A stretch of DNA of 64,000 nucleotides, from the NCBI GenBank assembly GCA_024679065.1, contig JAGIQG010000014.1:43896001-43960000 (forward strand), given 5' to 3'. Under the pieces are notes generated by a model. It was given only the letters and a program-made list of their open reading frames with translations, made no database searches and was not told the origin of the DNA. Positions 1-9,900 of the stretch are shown one piece after another. The position numbers and the translations under genes were made by a program. The DNA comes from Sphyrna mokarran (Eukaryota). Every line of letters starts with the position of its first letter. Position 1 is the first letter of the stretch.

Positions 1-3000
1 AGGGAAAGGGTCAAACACATTACATGGTTATGCTGAATTAAAATGTAACTTTGCATTTCTCATGGTATTTCCTGCTCCCATTGCTGAACACGCCCAAGCT
101 GAATAGTAGCAGGAAATTCCAGTCAATGTCTTTATTTCTGTTCCAGCAAATAGTTTTCAAGCATTGGGGAATTAAGGATTTAATTATCATTTTGTTTACC
201 TCTTGTATACTATTACTTCTGTATAATTTTATATATTTTAATAAATGTAATTTTTATTTAGTTTATGCTTTACGACCTGCTGGTATATTTTCTATCAGTT
301 GGGAGACACTTAGGATACTCAAAAGACCATTATTTCCAATGTTCTGTCAATGTTAAAGAGTTCATTGTTTGAACTGGTGCAACACTATTCCAGATGTTTT
401 GTAAATAAGATCAGGTGCAAGGAATGTGCAAGATTGCCAATGGACACAATAGGGATGAGTGAAAAGAATTGAGAAAATTTAAATTGTAACACGAGCTGGA
501 TTGCTAACATTTCTATCTAAATAGAATACTATTGCCATAGCAATGGTTTTAAAAGGATCCCACAGCATACAGTATTTTACAGAAGATTTGAAAACAGTCC
601 TTTAATTGATTGTTACTCTTGAGTTATGTGTCTTGTAGTAAAAAAGGAATAGTCTGGGCTGCCACATTTGAATCAGTAGCAATGGAAAAATTGGACATCA
701 AGTGAAGATTGGAGATAGGAATCGGAAAACCTATAAAAGCTTTAATCTTAAAAAATTAATGTGATGAAATGCAGTTATGAGAAGGAATACACATTTCTCT
801 ATCTCTTTATCATCAATTTTGTTCTTTATTAACACATCACCTCATTAGATTGCAACTATTCCACAAAGCACTTGGTCCTTTTCTAAAAGGATAACCAGGA
901 ATCTGTGACTTGCAGCAACCAGGGTCGCTGTGCCTTCAGCAGACAGAATGTTTCTGTTATTCAAAAGAGTGCAATTCCATTTTCGTATTGATGCTGTTAT
1001 AAGTGAGGGCAGAAACACAGGAACCCTGGCCTTTGAATAAACTTGGCACTTTACATTTAATCATTCACCAAGTCCAAAAATAAATCTGCACCAGCAAAAG
1101 CAGCAATAAAGCCTGTAGCTTGTAGAAAACTTTCATCTGGAACAAAATGGCACCGATGCTTCTAGTAAATCAAAAATACAGCTTTAAACCTCATTGCTAA
1201 CAAAATCTCTTAGCCTTATTACTATGTTATTGACACACACATCACTGAAAATTGAGTAGTACTGACTTTTGCTTGATAGTGCATGTGAACTTTGCTATTC
1301 CTATTTTTACTGCCTTGTCACAGTGATTGTTCAGATACTGCTGGCATACATTAATTTCTCTTACCTTTTCTGCAATGCTGCTCATGTGACAGCAGATTGG
1401 ATTTCAAAGCTCCATCAGTGTATAAGCTTTCAAAGTATCTACTTACAACACCAGCATCAAAGTAGAAGCATTATTGGCATTGATCAATAACAATATCTTT
1501 TCTTCTAGTTTATATAACCAATGGGCATTAATGTGAAACTAATTCAGGGCATTAGGAAGGTAAAGACAAAACACATTTGTTCAGCAGTTAGCGGACACGT
1601 TACGTTTGCTGGTTCGCATGACCAAAGGGACAATGGGAAAATTATTCTGGGGTCACACTTCACAGCTAAATCTACAGTTAACAGAGATGTTTGCTTCTGC
1701 TGTCCCCACTCTCTTATCTGCCTTTTCATGATCCCAGAGGCGAGGAGGATCCAAGACATCTCGGTAGCATAGCAAGTGCAGCAGATGATTTTCTGCTTTC
1801 ACTCTTTGCTGAAGTCCATACTCTATAAACCATTGTGCTACATCCACCAGAAGTACCAAATACCTGTAAGTGTCACCATTATGCCACAATAGAGTTAGTG
1901 GGGATTAATTATAACAAGCTTGCAGCCAGTAGTACCCACCTTGTTTATTGGCTATGCATCTGTTTGGGTCAGAATGGGTGTGTGGGTGAGGGTGCAAGTG
2001 ATTGGGCCCTAATGAGTCCAGCCGAAAGCAGCAGGCACTTTTTAAAAGGAAAGGGAAAGAGCAGTGCAGTGTGATTGCAAGCAGTAAAAAAGGCTTGAAC
2101 TTGGGCGACGAATAAAAGAGCTATAAATAAATCTGTTTGCAGGCTTTGCTCAAGGAGCTACGGGAAATGAGAGAGAGAGAAAATTCTTTTCCCCACACTT
2201 TCCCCAAAAACCATCGCACTGGGCTGCAGGCAACATATGCCTCAATGAGAAAAGGAGTTTCAGGAGATCAATGGCAAAATCTATGGTAGTTTTGAAGGCA
2301 GGAATTCCAATTCTCTGCCCACACTGGAAAACCCATTATTCACAATATGTAGAACAACCAACCCCAACCGCCAACCCCGCCGTCCACTTCCTTATGCTCT
2401 CTTGCTATCAATTGTACCAAACTTCATTCCAAATCCTCCTATTCACAACTTGTTATCCCTATCAAAATGGATCACAAGATTATCACTAATAAACACAGCC
2501 CTCTTTTGCAGGAAGCAACTGAAGAACATCAAGACGCCGACACATCTTAGTGCTACTGGATGTCTGGATTGTGGAACTGACAGAAAAGGACATTCTGATG
2601 CCTATTGCAGGATTTATTTATACTTTTCTTTCCCTTTTCACTGACTATTTCACTCACTCTGCATGATATATTGCAACTGTTTTCAACAGCCAGTTATCTC
2701 TCTCTGTTTATCATTGGCATGAAAAGCTCATCTTTCTCCCTCTCATTTCGGGTGTAGAACATGCAGAGGTTTGAGTGGTAGTTGAGAACAAGGAAGACAG
2801 TTTTCCTGACAGGAAGACAGCATTATATTTTAATAAATAAAGGAGATTGCAATAAAGTCCAAGACATTATATGGTGAATTTTAACCACCTGGTTTTGATT
2901 GAATGAACAGGAAGGTAAAACTAAGGTTTGGTGCATAATTCTTAAATGAATATTTTTTAACCAATTTGTTTTACAGGCACAGTGTTTAGCAATGATCCCA

Positions 3001-4174
3001 ATGCAACAGAAGCAGTAATTAGAAGCAAACAAGTATCTAGGGTTTAGTAATCAACGGTAATTGATGTTGTTAAAATTGAAATACTTGTAAGGGTCTACAA
3101 AGAAGAGCAATGACACAAAGATACAGAGGTTAGAAATAGATTTTCTGGTATGCATAGAATTGCCCCAACTGGAGGAGGAGGTGGTTGAGATTTATCTGAA
3201 ACTGGACCTCGGCTTTGTTTGCTTAAGTTGGGAAAGCTGCTGGCATCTGCCACACACCCAAAGGGAGGGTTCATTCACTTGCTGTGTCCAGTTTCCTGCA
3301 TGGTCATCAATTACCATCAGCTAAGTCCAGGAGAATTGGAAAAGGAAGAAGGGATTGACCATGGGATAACAACAATCCTAATTGTGCCAGGTGGCCCTGG
3401 ATCAACAGAAGAGTCCTTAAAAACAATAAAATGTATCTTGTGGTGACCTGACATCTTTAATGCCCATCACAAAACAATTTAGGACAGGAGGCATAAAACA
3501 GAAAGTAAATCCTTCATTTTATATGTAAGGGAAAAAGTTTTACACGGCCATTAGGCATCCAGGAAATGGCCCAACCTAATATTGTCATTCATCTTTCAGC
3601 TCTTCTTGGGAAGCAAGATTTGGTCGACACCAACCCTCATTGTGCATGTTTTACACGTGTACAATGGGAAAAATGAAGTCCAGTTTCTATATCTTGGACT
3701 TTAAAAAGTTTGAAAATTAATGGGACACAATCACAAAGAGACCTCCAGTAGCAAAGTATTTAAAGAATGTTAACGAATCTACAATCAAAATGCAAATTCA
3801 TTCCAATTACAGCCAACGCAACTGGAAGGTGAATGTGTTTAAACACATTGATCTTGTTAGATTGTTAGTGCCAGCAGGAATGAGTAAGGTTTTGTAAAGA
3901 GTGTGTAATTATTCCGATCACCTCCCACGTGAAGGAGGAAAAAAGTCTATTGAAATTAAAATTTCTGCCCCTACTCAGGAAAGTGAAGAGGAATTTGACA
4001 GAATCTAGATTTTGAACAGAAGACCTAGATTTGATATCAAAGTTTATCTTAAGTACTCAATAGGATAGCAGTTGGTATCTGTGCCATTGGGTAAAGGAGT
4101 GGAAGAAGATCAACAGGATGCCTACACCTGGTTGCCGCCCAGTGACCCTGCTGGAAAGTATGCTTGCGTGTGCA

Positions 4175-4370
4175 TCATAGAACATAGAACATTACAGCGC
4201 AGTACAGACATTTCAGCCCTCAATGTTGCACCGAGCAGTGGAACCAATCTAATGACCCTCTAACTTAGCTATTCCAATGTTATCCATATGCCTATTCACT
4301 GACCATTTGAACGCCCTTAAAGTTGATGAGTCCACAACTACTGCAGGCAGGGCATTCCACACTCTTACTA
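4175..4370 (-). mobile_element. CR1/HER1-type 3' tail fragment; sister copy at ~4622-4735
   Basis: CATAGAACATAGAACATTACAGCGCAG is shared by both copies. Confidence 0.75.
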
Positions 4371-4389
4371 TCAAGTGACAGCAGGCAGG

Positions 4390-5380
4390 ATCAAGTTTGT
4401 CTGTAACACTTTCCTAGGCCCTAAGCCTAAATATCTTTAGCTGCTTCATCAATAACCTTCCTTCCATCATAACAGCAGAAGTGGAAATGTTCATAGATGA
4501 CTACACAACATTCAGTGCCATTCATAAGTCATCAGGTACTGAAGAAGTCCATGTCCAAATGGAACAAGACCTGAACAATATCCAGGCTTGGACTAAAAAG
4601 TGACCAGTAACATTTATGCCATGTAGAACATAGAACATAGAACATTACAGCGCAGAACAGGCCCTTCGGCCTTCGATGTTGCACCGACCAATTAAGAAAA
4701 AGCAATGACCCTCTAACCTAAACCATTCCCATTCCATTCCCTTTTCATCCAAAAGTGCCGTTCAGTGATTATTTCAGTCTAGAGAGAACGTAACCAGTGC
4801 CCATTGATGTTCAATGGAATTACCATCATTAAATCTCCACTATCAGCATCCTGTAGTTTACCATTGATTAGAAACAGAACTGGTCTATAAATATAAATTA
4901 TGTGGCTACAAGAGCAGGTCAGAGGCTAGGAATCCTGTGGCCAGTAACTCACTTCCTGATACCCCAAAACTTGTCCTCCATTTACAATGATGGAATACTT
5001 TCCCATTGCCTGATTGAGTGCAGATCCAACAATACTCAAGACACTTGACATCATCCAGGACAAAGCATCTCAGTTGATTGACATTCAATCCCTCTACAAC
5101 TGATGAAGAGTGACAGCAATGTTACTATCTATAAGATGCATTGCAAGAACTCAGCAAGGTTGCTAAAAAAGCAGGTTACAAACCCACAACTGAAACCATC
5201 TAGAATGACAAAGTATAATGTACTTTGGAATATCACCACCTGAAAGTTCTCCCCCAGTCATTCAGCATTCTGACTTGAAGATATATCATCATATCTTCAT
5301 TGTCACTGGCTCAAAATCCTGCAACTGTCTCACTGTAGGTGTCCCTGCACCAGGTGGATTGCAGTGGTTGCAGGGAAGGC
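4390..5380 (+). mobile_element. Old L2/CR1-superfamily LINE RT 3' region; its tail resumes at ~5735-5830
   Basis: CTAGGCCC..ATCTTTAGCTGCTTCATCAAT (LGP..FSCFIN), MFxDD-like ATGTTCATAGATGAC. Homologous minus-strand copies lie at 28590-29540, 34430-36850 and 51370-52580. Confidence 0.75.
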
Positions 5381-5735
5381 AATAGTGTATTTGTATTGTC
5401 ACTGAACCCCTGATCTAGGAACCCAGGTTAATGCTCCAGGGACTTTGATTCAAATCCCACCATAGCAGATGGTCAAATTTGAATTCAATAAAAAGCTCAA
5501 ATTAAAAGTCTAATGATGATCATGAAACCATTGCTGATTATCATAAAAACCCATCTGAATTACTGATATCCCTTAAGGGATGAAACTTGCCGTCTTTATC
5601 TGATCTGACCTACATGTGACTCCAGGTCTATAGCAATACGGTTGACTCTTAAATGGCCCAGTAAATCAGTTCAAGGGCAATTAGGAGTGGGCAATAAATG
5701 CTGGCACAGCCAAGGATGCCCATGTTCCATAAAAG
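5380..5735 (+). mobile_element. tRNA-derived Deu-domain SINE (SacSINE1-like)
   Basis: B-box-like GATTCAAATCCCACC, central AAAAACCCATCTG and CCTACATGTGACTCCAG, LINE-derived tail GGGCAATAAATGCTGGC. Confidence 0.75.
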
Positions 5736-6910
5736 AAAGGCAGCTCACCACTACCTTCTTAAAGACAAACAGGGATGAACAGTAAATGTGCACACCTAGC
5801 TAGCAAAGCTAGCCCACACCCCACAGAGAAATAAACAGAGGGTGACACATTCTAATTCTTATTGCCCTGTCTCACACATTAAGAATGATTCCTCAAGGGA
5901 AAATGGGAAATGCCTGGTGTCTGCAGAGCTGTATTCAGACAAGAAGTAACTGTCAGGAGAGGTGAGGATATGCCATGGGACTGGGTTCTGGGTGGAAGCT
6001 GGATTTCAGGCAGCAAGAGGTCACAGACATGAATTTGGTGAAACAGTCCTTAGCAATAGGTGAGCCATCCAAAAGAAGCTTGAATTTGTTCATCTTCTGT
6101 TTTTTTTTGGTGCCAAATTCTCTCTCTCTGTCCACTAGAAAACGTTTAAGAAGTGGTTTCAACCTTTCCTGGAGCTAGTCCTACGCCCTGCCAGATTTCA
6201 CTGCTGACCCCAAGATTGAACATCATTTCTATGACTGACGATGGAAGTTGAAACAAAACATAAATCACATCATTGGACCCTGATGTTTAGATATTGATGT
6301 GATCCACACCTGTGTTGTATGGGTGCCTTCCCCACAACAGGATACAACACAGTTGAAATGGCAGCAAGTACAAATGAACTGGAAATGCACTGTGTTGAGA
6401 CCAATCACTATTTTGATAAAATGCCTGTCCCATTCCAGCCAAATGGGAAAGGTTTAAATCATGCCTAGTGTACCTACAACCAGAATATATTTAGTATTTT
6501 CTGCCACAATTCTACATTATTTAAGAATAAATTCCAACATTTTTAAGAACAACAATTACTAAGCAATCCTTTCAAAATATTGACACCATCCAAAATAATT
6601 ATTGGTGTAACATAATTTCTTTCTTTAATTTACAAGTGTGATTACTGTAGAGGGAAATGTTAAGAACAATTTCAAAAATCATAGTTGAGCATCTTATACA
6701 TCTTTTAAAAAAACACAGAAAATGTTTCAGAAGTCAGTAATCAGCTGTAGGGAAAACAAGACAATAACTCAGGCTCATGTCCTTTCAAGTGATCGTTCTG
6801 TGGGTGTTGGCACAGAATTCTCTCACTTCTGCTCCATAGTAAAGCCAGCAGGATATTCCTTCCTCAAATTGACTGAGATGATAAAATGACTGTTGAGTTG
6901 TTTTTAAGTT

Positions 6911-9900
6911 TTACGGAAGGGTTTGAGTGTGAGTGGATATAACTTGCATAGAGGTCAGTGGTGGAATAGGATTTACAGGCATCTCTGTTGGAATATAACA
7001 TGGACTTTCCATGTGGTTAGGTTCAGCTAATTTATTCTTTTGTGTGTTATTCTTATGATCTTGCTTGTCTGTTGTGCCATTTAGATTTGATTGTATTTGT
7101 ACGTCTGGGGACTCAGGGGTTGGGTCAGAGTGTGTGGCCAGAGGTGGTGAAAATAAGTTTGAAAACTGCATTCTTGGTACATATGTAGGTCTCAAGGCAT
7201 TTGGATATAGAACAAATGGGGAGAATGGGGATGCACAATATGTTTGCTGAGGTATTACTATTTCAACATAGCAACCTGTTTCTGGATCTAACAGCATTTT
7301 ACGTGGGGATTGTACTGATGCTTCAACGAAGTAATGTTTTCCAGTCTCTGGATCAATAAGTAACTTCTTGTCCATGAAGCAATACTGAAAACAAGGGAAT
7401 TGGGGGTTGGCCAGAAAGTGAGGAGATTCAGGGACCTTATAACATTTTTCCACAACACTGGGAATTTGTCTGGTTGAAGAAAATGCTTGTTGTTCCTGTT
7501 TTTGAGGATCTAAGGTTTCCCAATTTTGCTGGTGAGGGCTAATTGTTGTTGAATAGTGATCGAGTTTAGGAATATCAGGGTGAAGTGAAGCAGGCATTTG
7601 TATTTGGGGAGGTACCTGTAGTTTGTGTTCTCCAATAGGAATGGTCAGATAATTTGCTCGGTCTGATACTGATGCTTCCTCTTGAACACTTGCCTTGCTG
7701 ACTGGACTTGTTTTTGTTTCTAAGGACTGTTGCTTGGTTTGGTCACCAATTGTCTTAGTGGGTAACTTAACATCAGGGTTAATAGAATCAAGCAGAGTCA
7801 TGTTCGTATTTGTAAAGTTTAAACTAGCCTGTGCAGCCTGTGTAGCCTTATTAACTATTGTATTGCAAACATCAGCTGAAAATGCTGTTTTGCCATGAAC
7901 ATCTTGAGTTTTAGTCTCTTGAACTGAGTTTTGTGACGAAATTTTGATAGTCTCTGGACAATTTGATGATTCCAAAGAAGCAGCACTGCTTTCTGTGGTT
8001 TTGACGGATATTAAATTGATGTCACTAGGGAGTTGGACCTGCGTATGTACAATTTTGTTATTCCTGGATTCTGAACAGTCTTTATTGACATTTTGTCCTC
8101 CTTCCTCTGAAACCATTGAAATTTTGTTATCTTTAAATGATTGTAATTCACTTATGAATGTTATCCCAACTTTTTCTGTTGCTGGTGTCATTTCAGATTT
8201 GACTGTGTCTTTTCGGCTATCATGTTCAATTTTAAATTCTTTCTTGTTCTGCTTACAGCTATTTAATAGATTGTTTTGACCTTCCATTATATTATGGATC
8301 TCTCCATTAAGATGATTAATTAGAGGTGACAATTTGCAATTTGAACTAGAACCATACAAAGACCTATTTTCTTCTTGCTGCCCTGTTTGCATTTCATTTT
8401 TATGCTTATTTATATCTGGTAATATATTAGTATCTTCAGCTTTCAAAACCAATGTACTCTGATTATCATGGGCAAGTTCTATCTGACCTTTAGGATCATC
8501 AAGCAACAAACTGGCACTTCCTACATTAAGAGCAGAACTTTCAAACATTTTGTTTTGATCTTCCAAACCAACCTGAAGTTCGCTTTCCATTTCATGCTTT
8601 TCAAGTGACAATGTGGCCTCTTCATCATCTAATGTTAAATTTTCTAGCATTTTATTTTGTTTTTCCAATCTAAATTGAATTTCTTTCTTATGTGTACCTT
8701 TTCTCAGAAATTTTTGAGTTTCTTCATCATTTGTAGTTGACTTGCTTAAACATTTATTTTCATTTTCCAATCTCATTTTAAAGTCTTTATTTGGGTCATT
8801 TTTCCAAAGTGATACATCTTTGTTACCAGTATTTGAATTATGGAATGGTTCATTTTGATTCTTCAAATTAACTTGAAAATCATTTTGGAGATAGCTTTTT
8901 TCATTTGACAGTTCAACATGATCATCATCATTATTAAAAATCCCGAGCTGATTATTTTGAATTTCCATCTTGGATTGAACACCCGTTTTAGGTTCAGCCT
9001 TTCGTTGTGATGAATCTACATTTTTGTTTAAAGATGAATTCATTAAAAGCGCAGTTTTGTTTTGTGTTGTCTCTGGAATCTCTCCTCTTGGCTCATCTGC
9101 ATCAAACGTGATGGAAATTTCTTCCTTGCTTGAATTAGACTTTGTTGAAAGTTCATTTTCTAATTCACTTTTAACATTTCCAGTAGGCTCCATTTTACTC
9201 AATGACTTTTCAGTATTTTCAGTTGTTGTGGCAGAACTTGGTAAACGATTGCTCATATTTTCCAGTCCTACCTGGAATTCATTATTTTGTTCTCCTTTTC
9301 CAAGAACCAAATCAGCAATTTCATTATTTAGCACAAAATTGGTTAAATGATTTTTCTGATGCTCTGTTCCAACTTGGACTTTCATAACTGATAATTTAGA
9401 CTCTTGATTATTTGAAATCGATAAGGCTTGGATTTTCCTTTCAGGTGTTACTTCATTAGTTATGCACATTAAATGACCATTTGCATCGCTTTCATCCTCT
9501 TTAATAGGGTAAATTTTACAATCTATTCTTTTAGCAGAAATTGTTTTGTTTTTCTGTTTATTAAATGGAATAGGCAGCTGGAAGTCAGAGGAAAATATTC
9601 TCGAAATACCTGAATTTCCTGTACAAGTACAATATTTCTTGTCAACTATATCATCATTGCTTTCAACTTTGTCAGCCTTCCTGCTTATTGATTGACATTG
9701 AATGAAAATTGGTGACAGTTTGTGCTGTGTTGCTGGAAGTGATTGCTCTAAGCTAGAAGGATTGTAAATTTCTTCTGGCACCTCTGACTTAGCCTTGATG
9801 TTACAGAATGTCAAAGCACTATAAGTATTTTGAACCAGCTTACTCATATCCTTGACATGAGAAGGTGGATCATCTGTTTTGCTTTTTATGGTTATGCTGT

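Noticed and set aside
1-3500. MZB1 or SLC23A1 exons expected from human synteny
   Set aside because: I could not recognise any matching peptide in either strand.
5945-6240. Additional downstream coding exon of the PROB1-like gene
   Set aside because: An acceptor-like site exists, but there is no convincing upstream donor before the stop, no long frame and no recognisable homology.
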